64,000 bases of DNA from Mobula hypostoma (taxonomy: Eukaryota), in NCBI RefSeq assembly GCF_963921235.1, contig NC_086097.1, positions 30,196,001-30,260,000 on the forward strand, given 5' to 3'. Under the pieces are notes generated by a model. The model had not been told where the DNA came from. It saw only the letters and a list, made by a program, of their open reading frames with translations, and did no database searches. The translations under genes were made by a program, and so were the position numbers. Numbering within the stretch: position 1 is the stretch's first letter; the number at the start of each line of letters is the position of its first letter. Positions 35,830-49,309 of this stretch are shown here, one piece after another.

Positions 35830-37773
35830 TATATATGCATATCAAATGGTTAACTAAGTAGTGCAAAAACATAAAATTAAAAAGTAGTGAGGAAGAGCTC
35901 ATGGGTTCAATGTCCATTTAGGAATCGGATGGCAGAGAGGAAGAAGCTGTTCCTGAATCGCTGAGCGTGTGACTTCAGGGTTCTGTAGCTCCTACCTGAT
36001 GGTAACAGTGAGAAGAGGACGTGTTCTGGCTGATGGGGGTCCTTAATGATGGACACTGCCTTTTTGAGGCACCACTCCTTGGAGATGTCTTGGATACTAC
36101 GAAGGTTAGTACCCATGATGGAGATGACTAATTTTCCGCGGCTTGCTTCGATCCTGTGCAGTCGCACTCCTGTACCAGACGGTGATTCAGCCAGTCAGAA
36201 TGCTCTCCACAGTACATCTGCAGAAATTTTCAAGTGTTTTAGGTGATGTTCCCAATCCCCTCAAACTCCTAATGAAATATAGCCGCTGTCTTGCCTTCTT
36301 CATTCCTCGTGGTATACAAACCTAGCGGTGCTGTCCCTGTCATGGTCACTAGACCTGTATAGAACCCTAAAGCCACAGCACCAGGTTCAAAAACAGTTGT
36401 TTCCCTTCAACCATTCATTTGGTTCTTGAACCAACTGGCACCACCCTAATCACTACCTCACTATAGTGCAGTGTGACTACTTTATGCCGAAATAGACTTT
36501 GCTTATTTTTTGTTCTAATAGTGTTCTTTCTTGTAAAACTTGTGTATCACTTATGCTTTCCTGTGAATGCTGTATATCTGATGCTCTGTGCCTGTGACGC
36601 TGTTGTAAGTTTTTCATAGCTCCTGTACATACGTGTACTTGTGCAGATGACAGTAAGCTCGACTTTGATTTTGTGTTCCCACACTGGGCTGTTTAACCGG
36701 AGAAACACTGCCACCTACTGTACAGAGGATGTAAGTTTCTGAAGCAACAGACACTGGTCCAATGAACCCAGAGCAAGTGTGGGCTAAAGCTCTGGGAAGA
36801 AAGACAACATTCTCGCTGATTCTCAGGAATGTGCAAACCACGACTGTTCAAAGTGGACAAGGAGCATTTGGTTGTCTGTGAGTGCAGAGGCCAAAGCTGA
36901 AGTTCGAAAATGGAAGTCAACGAGTCTGGAGGCCAGCTTGTCCAGAAGTCTGTGAATCCCCAAGTCCGACTCAAGGGCGGAAGCTGGAAGCCCAATGTCT
37001 GCAAGTCTGAGAGTCCAGGGTCAAGGACTGGAGGTCATAAGCCCAAAGGTGGCCTGTTGTGGGATTGGAGGCATGTCTGTGTGTGAGTGAGCTGATGGGT
37101 GGGAGGGAGGAAAGGGGCTTGTTTTGCTGTTGGTATGTTTGGTTTGATATTGCTATTGTTGCTCTGCTGGACATTGTGGACGTGCTATGTTAGCGCCAGA
37201 AAGTGTGGCGACACTTGCGGGCTGCGCCAGCGCATTCTCAAGGTCTGTTGGTCATGAACACAAACCACACATCTCTGTGTTTTGACATACATGTTATAAA
37301 TAAATCTGAATCTGAACTGGAATGCATACCGCTGACTATATCAATAGTGCTGAGGTTGAGAGCTTCAAGTTCTGAAAGGTGAATATTGTTAATAGCCTGT
37401 CCTGCTCCGATTACATAGACTACAGCCAAGAAAGCCCACCAGTACCTTGACTTCCTCAGCAGTCCAAGGAATTTTGGCAAGTCCCCATTGACCCTCACCA
37501 AATTTTCATAGATACCATAAATGTACCAGAGAATGCATCCCATTGGAGGGCTGAAGAATAGCAAATGAAGTTCAATGTATGTATGTCGTTTTTATGTGAC
37601 CTTGCTATTTTGAATGTGCTGTGTGTGTATTGCACCTTGGCTCCAGAGGAACACGGTTTCATTGATGAATGGTTGAATGATAATTAAACGAATTTGATTT
37701 GATTTGATCACATTTCGGAAAGTCAGCTCAAGCTAGAGTTGACAATGGTGATTAAGAAGACATGTGGTGTGCT

Positions 37774-38237
37774 GGGGCAGCTGACTCAACATTGGTCCCT
37801 CCCCACCCACATCACCGGATGCTCAGCTCTCACCTGTGGCTTCAAATAGTTCTCTGCATGCCACAGCAGCCACATCCTGGTTCACCACTTCGACAGGCGG
37901 TCCTCATACGCCGGTGAGATAGGGACATGCCTGTCCTGGCACGCTAAGTCAGCACCAGCAAACTGGGCGGATGAGTTCTACAATGAGGTCCAACGGACAG
38001 GAAGGTGGTTCTGCAAGGTTCTGTGGAGAGCAAAGGGCATAATGAGGCACAGAGCAAGTCACAGTCATCCCCTGCAACCAAGGAAGACCCCAGTTTTTAA
38101 TGACTACTCATACCACTGGACCCAGACTGCTCAGGCCAAGTGAGTGGAACTGCCCCAGCGCAATGGCTTTTCCGCCTTAAAAACTCTCCTGCACAGGTTT
38201 CCTGTCATCGTCTGATACGACGGACAACTATCACGAT
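37774..38237 (+). mobile_element. Probable non-autonomous RTE-derived element inserted in a CR1
   Basis: The host CR1 is split at TGTG(C/T)TG. GC-rich non-coding body ending in a CGTC..GACG hairpin plus GACAAC. Confidence 0.45.
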
Positions 38238-39055
38238 GTGTTGTTCATCAGTCAAGAGACTGAGTTTAAGAGCCATGAGGTGATGTTGCAGCTCTATTAC
38301 TCAGACCCTTGACTTGTAGCATTATCCCTCTCAGTCTCTTCTGCACTCTTTCCAATATGCCAAAAGACACTTCCACCGCCCTGTTGAGCTGTGACTCCAC
38401 TTTCAGAGAACCGTGAACTCCAAGGTCCCTCTGTTCTACAATGCTCTCCAGGGTCCTATCATAAACTGTCAACATCCTACATAGAACATCAAACAGTAAA
38501 GCACAATACAGGCCTTTAGACACACAAAGTTGTGCCACCCCTTTAGCCTTCTCTAAGAACAATCTAATCAATCCTCCCACATGGCTCCCCATATTCCTAT
38601 CATCCATGTGCCTATCTTAGAGTCTCTCAGAAGTCTCTAATGTATCTGCTACTACCACCACCCTGGCAGCACGTTTCACCACCCACCACTCTCTGTTGAA
38701 AATCTACCTGGGACATCCCATCTCCACACTCCAATCATGTTAAAGTTATGCCCCCTCATATATTACACATTTCCCAATCCCCAAGCCCTGGGAAAAAAGG
38801 GGGAGGAGGAGGAATACACACTAGAATGTGGTAGGTGAGACTAGGTAAGGGGGGAAACGCCAGGGCTTTATTCCTTGTACTGTAATGTAGGAGACAGAGG
38901 TGATCTAACAGAGATGCATAAAACCATGAGAGGCATAGGGTGAATGCACTTAGTCTTTTTTCCCCAGGAACTTGAAGGTAGAAGTTTAAGGTGAGAGGGA
39001 AAAAAGTTAATTGCAACTTGCCAGGCAACTTTTCCACACAGATGGTGGCCAGTAT

Positions 39056-39692
39056 ATAGAAACATAGAAAATAGGTGCAGGAGTAGGCCATTCGGCCCTT
39101 CGAGCCTGCACCGCCATTTATTATGATCATGGCTGATCATCCAACTCAGAACCCCGCCCCAGCCTTCCCTCCATACCCCCTGACCCCTGTAGCCACAAGG
39201 GCCATATCTAACTCCCTCTTAAACACAGCCAATGAACTGGCCTCAACAGTTTGCTGTGGCAGAGAATTCCACAGATTCACCACTCTCTGTGTGAAGAAGT
39301 TTTTCCTAATCTCGGTCCTAAAAGGCTTCCCCTCTATCCTCAAACTGTGACCCCTCGTTCTGGACTTCCCCAACATCGGGAACAATCTTCCTGCATCTAG
39401 CCTGTCCAATCCCTTTAGGATTTTATACGTTTCAATCAGATCCCCCCTCAATCTTCTAAATTCCAACGAGTACAAGCCCAGTTCATCCAGTCTTTCTTCA
39501 TATGAAAGTCCTGCCATCCCAGGAATCAATCTGGTGAACCTTCTTTGTACTCCCTCTATGGCAAAGATGTCTTTCCTCAGATTAGGGGACCAAAACTGCA
39601 CACAATACTCCAGGTGTGGTCTCACCAAGGCCTTGTACAACTGCAGTAGTACCTCCCTGCTCCTGTACTCGAATCCTCTCGCTATAAGTGCC
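39056..39692 (-). mobile_element. Young CR1 3' fragment nested in an older plus-strand CR1
   Basis: Unbroken IARGFEYRSREVLLQLYKALVRPHLEYCVQFWSP..FFTQRVVNLWNSLP; tail (TTTCTATG)n. Confidence 0.92.
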
Positions 39693-39881
39693 ATGGAATA
39701 AGCTTGCAGTGGAAGTGGTTGAGGCAAGTGCATTAACAACATTTAAAAGGTTCTTGACATATATACATGGGTAGGAAATATTTAGAGGGACATTGGCAAA
39801 ACATGGACAAATGGGACTAGTTTAGATGGGCCAAATGGCCTGCTTTAGAACTGCATAACTCTGTGAGCACTACGCAGCTAC

Positions 39882-40249
39882 CTGTGAGTTACTATTCCTT
39901 ATAGCTGCCCTCTTTTCATTAAAAATATGGTCAATGAATGAGCATCAGATGCTTACAATGCATTCGGTTCACATATTCAATAATATGAAAATCAACCTTC
40001 CAATCTCTTATTCTTCAAGACTGCTAATTTGTACCTAATTACATTTTCCACACAGAGGGTGGTGAGTATGCGGAACAAGCTGCAAGAGGAAGTGGCTGAG
40101 GCAGATACAGTAACATATTTTCAAGGCAGTGTGACAGGGACAGTCAGAGAGATATGGGACTAACTTCGATAGGCATCTTGCTCTGTATGGAGCAGTTGGG
40201 CCAAAGGGTCTGCATAAATAATATATAACTCCAGAGTAAGAGACCAGCT
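39882..40249 (+). repeat. Unclassified non-coding block, copy 2, interrupted by a CR1 3' fragment (~40043-40227)
   Basis: Homology with 34084-34272 resumes after the CR1 (ACTCCAGA..ACCAGCT). Confidence 0.8.
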
Positions 40250-40904
40250 TATATGGGTTAAATGGCTTTTTATTCTGAACAATCGGTAAATGAAACCGAG
40301 AACCGTGATATCCTTTCAAGAGATATCTTTATAAGATAAGGGTATTAATTTCTCATGCCGGCTTTCAGAAACACTTTCACACCAACTCATTTGTCTGTAT
40401 TCTCTAAGATATTTGAAAGCATTTCTGTGAGCCTCCTGTTTCTCAGCAGAGAACCGTAGTTTCAATATATATTACAATTTTTAAATGTTCTTCCTGATGC
40501 CTTTTGATTCATGTCACCACCACGACTGATAGAGGAAAATGACTTGATCTCTGTGCTTGCATTTTCATTCATTGGCAGTATGAGTCAGTTTGTGTCTTTC
40601 CGTATATTTAAGGCAGAAGTTGATAGATTCTTGATCAGTCAGGGCATGAAGGGATACAGGGTGAAGGCAGGAGATTGGGGCTGAGAGGGAAAATGGATCA
40701 GCCATGATGAAATGGTGGAGCAGACTTAATGGGCCAAATGGCCTAATTCCGCTCCTATATCTGATGGTCTTATGGTCTTAATAATAGACTATGCTTTGAA
40801 CATTACTGTGGTCGACCCCTCCTCACTTCTCATCAAGTACACTGCCCAATTGTTATATAACGCACCATAAAAATGTAACTCTATATAACGGTACATCTCC
40901 AGTT

Positions 40905-41715
40905 TCTACAGGGGTCGCTCCCTTTGTCATTCTATTGTCCACTCGTTCTTCTCCACTGGTCTCCCTGCTGGCACTTACCCTGCAAGTGGAACAAGGGCTA
41001 CACCTCCTTCCTCACCTTCATTCAGGCCCCCAGACGGTCCTTCCAAGTGAGGCGACATGTCACCTGCGAATATACTGTATCCAGGGCTACTGGTGCAGCC
41101 TTCTCTCCATAGATTGGGAGACCACTTGATCAAGCTCCTTCTCTCTGCCATGACAGGCAGGAATTCCCGGTGGCCAACCATTTGAAGTCCACTCCCCATT
41201 CCCATGCTGACATGAAACTCCTGTGGCCTCCTCAATGCCACGATGAGATCACTCTCAAGTTGGAGGAGCCGCACCTCATATTCCATCCAGGCAGCCTCCA
41301 ATCTGACATCGATTTCTCTAACTTCCAGTAATTTCTCCTCTCTCTCCCTTCTCTCTTTTTCCATTTCCCATTCTGGCTCCCTTCTTTCCCCTTCTCTTCC
41401 CTCCTCCTGCCTGTCATCTTCCTCTGGTTCCCTTTCTCCCATGATCCACTGTCCTCTCCTGTCAGATTTCTTCTTCTCCAGCCCTTTAACTTTTCCACCT
41501 ATCACCTCCCAGCCTCTCACTTTGCCTCACCTGGTCTCACCTATCATATTCTAGCTTGCGCGCCTTCCCCTCAGCTCATCTTCTCTTTTGGGATCCTTCC
41601 CGCTTCCCTTCCATACCTGCTGAAGGGTCCTGGCCTGAAACGTCAACTGTTTATTCTTCTCCTTAGACGCTGCCTGACCTGTTATATTTCTCCAGCCTTT
41701 TGTGTGTGTTGCTGC
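40905..41715 (+). mobile_element. Decayed Penelope-like element with mutated hammerhead (CTGCTGA, ~41612-41650)
   Basis: GTYPCKWNK..SFQVRRHVTCE remnants and a pLTR tail. Confidence 0.85.
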
Positions 41716-41809
41716 AGTTCTCTGCTTTTTTCCTGTTCCGTTGTATAAAGATCAAGATTTTCATTACTTAACACGTTATACCACATAAAACGAAACGAAG
41801 TAGCTCAGG

Positions 41810-43620
41810 AACAGAGCCTTCAGCCCACAGTGTTGTGCTGAACTAATTAAAATAACAATCAAATGCCCAACTACCCTAATCTCTTCTGCCTACACAATTC
41901 CCATAACCTTCCATTCTCTGGACATTGAGCCTATTAAAGAGCCTCTTAAATGCCTCTGTCACAACTGCCTCCACCAGCACCCCAGGCACCCAGCACACTC
42001 TATGGAAAAATGCTGCCCGCACATTGCCTTTAAGCTTAACCCCTCTCCATTAAATATATGCCCTCTGGTATTGGATATTTCAACCCTGGGAAAAAGATAC
42101 TGGCTGTCTACTCTACCTACGCCTCTCATCATCTTATAAACCTCCATCAGAATTTCCCTCAGCCTCTGCCACTCCAGAGAAAACAACCCAGTTTGTCCAC
42201 CCTCTCCTCACAGTGTAAACCCTCTAATCCAGGCAGTATCCCGGGAAACCTCTCCAAACCCTCTAATCCAGGCAGTATCCCAGGAAACCTCTCCAAACCC
42301 TCTAATCCAGGCAGTATCCCGGGAAACCTCTCCAAACCCTCTAATCCAGGCAGTATCCCAGGAAACCTCTCCAAACCCTCTAATCCAGGCAGTATCCCGG
42401 GAAACCTCTCCAAACCCTCTAATCCAGGCAGTATCCCAGGAAACCTCTCCAAACCCTCTAATCCAGGCAGTATCCCGGGAAACCTCTCCAAACCCTCTAA
42501 TCCAGGCAGTATCCCAGGAAACCTCTCCAAACTCACTAATCCAGACAGTATCTTGACAAACCTCTCCAAACCCTCTAATCCAGGCAGTATCCCGGGAAAC
42601 CTCTGCAAACCCTCTAATCCAGGCAGTATCCCAGGAAACTTCTCCAAACCTTCCAATCCAGGCAGTATCCCGGGGAACCTCTTCAAACCCTCTAATCCAG
42701 GCAGTATCCCGGGAAACCTCTCCAAACCCTCTAATCCAGACAGTATCGTGAGAAACCTCTCCAAACCCTCTAATCCAGGCAGTATCCCGGGAAACCTCTC
42801 CAAACCCTCTAATCCAGACAGTATCCCGAGAAACCCCTCCAAACCCTCTAATCCAGATAGTATCATGACAAACCTCTCCAAACCCTCTAATCCAGGCAGT
42901 ATCCCGGGAAACCTCTCCAAACCCTCTAATCCAGACAGTATCGTGACAAACCTCTCCAAACCCTCTAATCCAGACAGTATCCCGGAAAACCTCTCCAAAC
43001 CCTCTAATCCAGACAGTATCCCGGAAAACCTCTTCAAACCCTCTAATCCAGGCAGTATCCCGGGAAACCTCTTCAAACTCTCTAATCCAGACAGTATCCT
43101 AACAAACTTTTCTAAGCCCTCTAATCCAGGCAGTATCCCGGGAAACTTCTCCAAACCCTCTAATTCATGCAGTTTCCTAACAAACCTCTTCTACACCCTC
43201 TCCAAAGCCTTCACATCCTTTTTGTGCTGGGGCCACAGGAAATGGATGCAATACTCCAAGTGCAGTCTAGCCGGAATCTTGAACTTATTTCCTCGACTAA
43301 TAAAGGCAAGCATGTCGTATGTCTTCTTCACCACCCTATCAACCTGTGTAGCCACTTGTATGGAAGTGTGGCCTGAGATCCAGATATCTCTCTGCATACC
43401 AACACTGTTAAAAGTCTTGCTGTTAACAGTGTACAGTCAGTCCCTTTACATTTGATCTCTCAAGATGCAACATTTCACATTTAGCTGAGTTAATCTCTAT
43501 CTGACCTTTCTCTTCCCATATCTGCAACTGATCTATATCTATAGTGCATGCTACATCACCAATTTCCCATAGTCTGTGAACTTACTAAAACTCCAACCCG
43601 GGTCATCTACGTACGTACAT
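41810..43620 (-). mobile_element. CR1 3' fragment containing the 39-bp array
   Basis: QVDRVVKK.Y.MLAFISRG..HLEYCIHF..KDVKALERV | array | EERVDKLG.FSLE..LMEVYKMMRG. Confidence 0.88.
42217..43190 (+). repeat. 39-bp minisatellite, ~25 units, derived from CR1 ORF2 sequence
   Basis: Unit AAACCCTCTAATCCAGGCAGTATCCCGGGAAACCTCTCC. The minus strand reads ERFPGILPGLEGL versus CR1 RRFTRMLPGLEGL. Confidence 0.97.
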
Positions 43621-44288
43621 CACAAACAAATATTGTCAAAAGGGAGATTCCCTAACTTCCCTCATCTTGCAGGTGTATTCTAATGCACTACCATCCTTCA
43701 TACAGTGATTCAAAGACAAAGATTGAAGAGCAAAATGAAACTCCTGCCTATCCTTACCTGTTCCTTCTTGCTGAAGTCTTTGATTTAGAACACAGAATGC
43801 GGGCCTTTCAGGCCACGATGTTCTGCCAACCTTTTAACCTACTCTACAATCTTCCTCATCACATAGCCCTCCATTTTACTTCAACCCATGAATGTCTTAA
43901 CTGTCCCTAATGTATCTGCCTCTACCACCACCCCTGGCAGGGCATTCCACACAACCACCACTCTCTGTGTAAAGAACTTACCTCTGACAAACCCCCATAC
44001 TTCATCCAATCAACATAAAAATTTTGCCCCTTGTGTTAACCATTTCAACCCTGGAAAAAGTATCTGACTATCCATTCGATCTATGCCTCTTATCATCTTG
44101 TATACCTCTGTAAAGTCACCTCTCATCCTCCTTCACTCCAAAGAGAAACATCCCAGCTCACTCAGCCTATCTTCATAAGATATGCCCTCTAGTCCAGATA
44201 GCTTCCTGATAAATCTCCTCTGCACCCTCTCTAAAGCATCCACATTGTACCTATTATGGGCGACAAAAACTGAACACAATACCCAAAG

Positions 44289-45807
44289 CAAAGGAAAATC
44301 TGCAGATGCTGGAAATCGAAGCAACACACACAAAATGCTGGAGGAACTCAGCAGGCCAGACAGCGTCTACGGAAAAGAGCACAGTCGATGTTTCAGACTG
44401 AGGCCCTTCGTCAGGAGTGGAGAAAATAAGATGAGGAGTTAGCAGGTGAGGGAAGGGAGGAAGAAACACAAGGTGAAAGGTCAAACCAGGAGGGGTGGGG
44501 GAGGGTGAAGTAAAGACCTGGGAAGTTGATAGGTGAAAAAGATACAGGGCTGGAGAAGGGGGAATCTGATAGCAGAGGACAGAAGGCCATGGAAGAAAGA
44601 AAAGGGGGAGGAGCACCAGAGGGAGGTGATGGACAGGCAAGGAGATAAGGTGGGAGAGGGAAAAGGGAATGGTGAAGGGTGAAGGCGCAGGGGCATTACC
44701 GGAAGTTTGCAAAATCGATGTTCATGCCATCAGGTTGGAGGCTACCCAGACGGAATACAAGGTGTTGCTCCTCCAACCTGAGTGTGGCCTCATCGTGACA
44801 ATAGAGGAGGCCATGGACTGACATGTCGGAATGGGAACGGGAAGTGGAATTAAAATGGGAGATCCCACTTTTTCTGGCCGACAGAGCGTAGGCAGTCTCC
44901 CAATCTACATCGGGTCTTACCGATATACAAGAGGCCACACCGGGAGCAACGAACCCGAGTTTGCTGATGTCAGTATATGACACCAGCAAGCTCACAGGTG
45001 AAGTGTCACCTCACCTGGAAGGACTGTTTGGGGCCTGAATGGTAGTGAGGGAGGAAGTGTAGGGGCAGGTGTAGTACTTGCTCCACTTGCAAGGATAAGT
45101 GCCAGGAGGGAGATCAGAGGGGAGGGGGAGGTACAAATGGACAAGGGAGTTGCTTAGGGAGCGATCCCTGCAGAAAGCAGGAGGTGGGGGGAGGGCAAGG
45201 TGTGTTTGGTGGTGGGATCCCATTGGAGATGGCGAAAGTTACAGAGAATTATGTGCTGGATGCGGAGGCTGGTGGGGTGGTAGCTGTGGACAAGAGGAAC
45301 CCTATCCCTTGTGGGGTGAGGGCAGACGTGCACAAAATAGAAGCAATGCAGTTGAGGGCAGCATTGATGGTGGAGGAAGGAAGCCCCTTTCTTTGAAAAA
45401 GGAGGACATCTCCTTTGTTCTAGCATGAAATGCTTCATCCTGAGAGCAGATGCAGTGGAGGTGGAGTAATTGAGAGAAGGGGATGGCATTCTTACAAGTA
45501 ACAGGGTGGGAAGAGGTATAGTCTAGGTAGCTGTGAGAATCAGTGGGTTTATAATAGACAGAGATAGAGACAGAGAAATCCAGAAAGGGGAGTGAGGTGT
45601 CAGAAATGGACCAGGTAAATTTGAGGGCAGGGTGGAAGTTGGAGACAAAGTTATGATGTCGACGAGCTTGGCGTGGGTGCAGGAAGCAGCACCAATGCAG
45701 TCATAGATGTAGCGTAGGAAAAGTGGGGGATGGACACCAGTGTAGGCTCAGAATATAGACTGTTCCATGTAGCCAACAAACAGGAAGGCATAGCTGGGAC
45801 CCATGCG
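44289..45807 (-). mobile_element. Penelope-like element with RT remnant, inserted in a minus-strand CR1 (~43785-46066)
   Basis: RMGPSYA.LFVGYMEQ..FLRYIYDCIG (YIDD decayed)..YKPTDSHSYLDYTSSHP, GIY-YIG end, partly decayed hammerhead at 44382-44419. 11-bp TSD AATACCC(A/C)AAG (44278-44288, 45808-45818). Confidence 0.92.
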
Positions 45808-46739
45808 AATACCCCAAGTGTAGTCTAACCAGGGTTTTATAGAGCTGCAACATTACCTCATGGCTCTTAAACTCAATCCCCAGCTATTGAAGGTCTACAC
45901 AGTAAATGAATTCTTAGCAATCCTATCAACTTGCACGGCAACTTTGAGGGATCTATGAACGTTGACCCCAAGATCCCTCTATTCCTCCACACTGCCTAGA
46001 ACCCTGTATTCAGCCTTCAGATTTGACCTTCCAAAGTAAATCACTTCATACTTCTCCGGGTTGAAAGAGCTTTTCTGGCTTTAAAGAGCTGTTCTCACTC
46101 TCACCTCTTACTGAGTGGGCCACTTACTCCACCCCTTCATGCAAAAGCATCTTGAGGCAAAGCCTCAGCTCCCCATTCCAACCCCGGCCGATCCCACGAT
46201 GGCCTCTTCACTTTTTTTATTAGAGTGGTGCATTCGTTCTGCTCATCCCATTACATGAAGTGTGTGGAGGCTTTGGAGAGGGTGCAGAGGAGGTTTAACA
46301 GGATACTGTCTGGTTCAGAGGACATAGTCCTTAAGGAAAGGTTGGACAAGTTGGAGCTGTTTTCACTGAAGGGAGATTGATAGAAGTTTACAAAATTACA
46401 CAAGGCATAGGTAGAGTGGACAGCCATGTTTTTCTTTCCGGGACTGAAATATCTAATACTGGAGGGCTAATACTTAAGGTGACAGTGGGTAGTTTCAAAG
46501 GAGGTGTGTGGAGCAAGTCTTTTTAAAGACAGAGTGGTGGGAACCTGGAATTCATTGGCAGGGATGGTGGAGAAGGTAGATGGCAGAGGACAGGAATATG
46601 TAGAGAAAGGAGGGATATGGTCAATGGGTAGTGAAGAGGGATTAAATTAATTAGAAATCATCAGTTTAATTAGTTTGCCAAAGCATGATTTTTGTGCATA
46701 TTCAGTATCCTAAGGACAGATGCTCACAACACATTCATG

Positions 46740-47275
46740 AACACAAGAGAGTCTGCAAATGCTGGAAATCCAGAGTAACACACGCAAAATGCTGGGGGCA
46801 GGGGGGGAGGATGGTTCTCAGCAGATCCGGCAGCATCTATGGAGGGGAATAAACAGTCAAGACCAGGACCCTTCATCGGGACCGGAAAGGAATGGGCAGA
46901 AGGAAGAATAAGAAGTTGGGGAGGAGGGGGAAGAGTACAAGTTGGCAGGTGATCGGTGAGACCAGGTGAGGGGGAAGTTGGGTGGGTATGTTGGGGAGAG
47001 AGGGGATGGTTAGGAGCTGGGAGTTGATAGGTGGAAAAGGTAGAGGTTTGAAGAAGGAGGAATCTGATAGGAGAGGAGATTGGACCATGGGAGAAATGGA
47101 AGGAAGAGGGGAACCAGAGGTGGTGATGGGCCGATGAGGAGAAGAGAGGGGGGTGTGAGAGGGCAGCAGAATGGGGAATGGAAAAAGACTGAAGAAGGAG
47201 GGGAAGAAATTACCAGAGGTTATAGAAATTGATGTTCAAGAAGTCAGGTTGGAGGCTACTCAGATAGAGTATATT
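46740..47275 (-). mobile_element. Decayed Penelope 3' fragment/pLTR, hammerhead destroyed by deletion
   Basis: Reverse complement has GTAGCCTCCAACCTGAC..GAACATCAATTTC and a pLTR tail; CCGATGA-AGGGTCC without GAAA. Confidence 0.75.
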
Positions 47276-47583
47276 CAAACATTCTCAACACGTACAAAAC
47301 TGCTTAAACCAGCCTCCCCTCCATGGATTCCCTCTACACTCCTTGCTGCCTTGGTAAAGTACCCAACATAATCCAATTCTCCACTCACCCTGCACACCAT
47401 GGATTCAATTCTCCACTCACCCTGGACATTCTCTCTTCTCCACGAACCCCCACCCCCCCCCCACCCCGTACCTCTCATCAGTCAGAAAATACAAAAGCCT
47501 GAAAGCACATACCACTAGGCTCAAGGACAGCTTCTACCTCACTGTTATCAGATTATTGAATGTTTCCCTAGTATGATAAAATG

Positions 47584-47893
47584 TGGGCACGTGGCCAAGT
47601 GGTTAAGGCATTCGACCAGCGATCTGAAGGTCTTGAGTTTGAGCCCCAGCCAAGGGAACGTGTTGTGTCCTTGAACAAGGCACTTAATCACACATTGCTC
47701 TGCGACGACACTGGTGCCAAGCTGTATGGGTCCTAATGCCCTTCCCTTGGACAACATTGGTGTCGTGGAGAGGGGAGACTTGCAGCATGGGCAACTGCTG
47801 GTCTTCCATACAACCTTGCAGGCCTGCGTCCTGGAGAATGAAGACTTTCCAGGCGCAGATCCATGGTCTCGCAAGACTAACGGATGCCTTTTA
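47584..47893 (+). mobile_element. Young full-length tRNA-CORE-RTE-type SINE (second copy)
   Basis: Highly similar to 35528-35829. 11-bp TSD ATGATAAAATG (47573-47583, 47894-47904). Confidence 0.88.
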
Positions 47894-49309
47894 ATGATAA
47901 AATGAACTCTTGACCTCACAATCTACCTCAATGACCTTGCACCTTATGGTTTACCTGCACTGCGCTCTCTCCGTAATTGTAACACTGTATTCTGCATTCT
48001 GTTATTGTTTTCCCTTGTACTACCTCAATGCACTGTGTAGTGAAATGATCTGTTTGGGTGGCATGTGAAACAAAGTTTTTCACTGTACCTCAATACATGT
48101 GACAATAATAAACTAATTTACTTCAGCAAATATGAGAATTAAAAACTGCAGATGCTGGAAATCTGAAACAAACACAGAAAATTGTAGAGCCGCTCATCAG
48201 GTTCTCTGTGGGAAGAGAAACAGAGGTTACATTTCAAGTAATTTCATGGAGCAGTATAGTAAAGACCCTTTGGCTCATGATGTGCCAACCTTCCAACCTA
48301 CTCTAAGATTAATCTAACCCTTCCCTCCTATACAGTCCTGAGTTTCCTATCATCCATGTGTCTATCTAAGAGCTTCGTAACTGCTCCTCATGTCCCACCA
48401 CCCCTGACAGGGTGTTCCGTGCATTCAGCACTCTCTGTCTAAAGAACTCCCTTCTGACATCAACCCCCCCCCACTTTACTTTCCTCCAATCACCTTAAGA
48501 TTATGCCCCCTCATATTAGCCATTTCTGTCCTGAGAACAACGCTCTGACTATCGACTCAATCTATGCTTCTTATCATCTCACCTCTCATCCTCCTGTGCT
48601 CCAAAAGAAAAGCCCGTGTTCACTCAACTATCCTCATAAGACATACTCTCTACTCCAGGCAGCATCCTGGTAAATCTCCTCTGCCCCCTCTCTAAAGCTT
48701 CCACATTCTTCCCAAAACGAGATGACCAGAAATGAACACAACGTTCCAAGTTTCCCAAAGGGTTTTCAACCTCAAGCTTTAATGGTTTCCTTCTCCACAG
48801 ATGCTGCCTGATCTGCTGGGCACTTAAACTATTTCCTGTTCTCCCTTCAAAACACCTTGGCCCATGCTCAGGTAGACATAGAAATGAACACTTCCCTCAC
48901 TAAAGATAAAGTTGCAGAGGGTTAAGTGACTATTATCTGCAGTCAATGATACTGACAGGAGGTGCTTCACAGCCAGTCTTAGACACTGACTCGCGCATTT
49001 GGTTTTCTTCAGTAACTAATCTTTTCTCAACTTTGCACATCATTTCTGGACTCTTATTTATCACAGAATTTTGCAGTGAGGTTTCAATAAGGGTATCAGC
49101 TTATAACAACTTTTCCTCCTGTCTTTTAATTCAATTTCCTTCACATTTTTGAACTTTACCAAGCTCTTCGTCCCCACACACTTTACGAATGATTCACGTT
49201 ACCAAGGTAATCTGTGACTGTCCAAACACCCAGACCAGCTGGCCTTTTCTGCACAGGAGTTACTCCACAACTTGTTCCATCCCAAGCAATCCCTGATCTT
49301 TCATTAGTA

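Noticed and set aside
42217..43190. CRISPR-like array (also considered for 13005-13300 and 4194-4351)
   Set aside because: Head-to-tail units with no unique spacers, no cas genes, and a eukaryotic repeat context.
42058..43455. 465-aa ORF with KPSNPGSIPGNLS repeats as a structural or surface protein gene
   Set aside because: It is the antisense reading of a CR1 fragment plus a 39-bp minisatellite; both flanks are CR1 sequence.
43650..43790. Textbook acceptor (CCTAAC branch point, pyrimidine tract, CAG at 43670-43672) as a coding exon
   Set aside because: No downstream donor before the next CR1 and no recognisable peptide; unsupported without RNA data.
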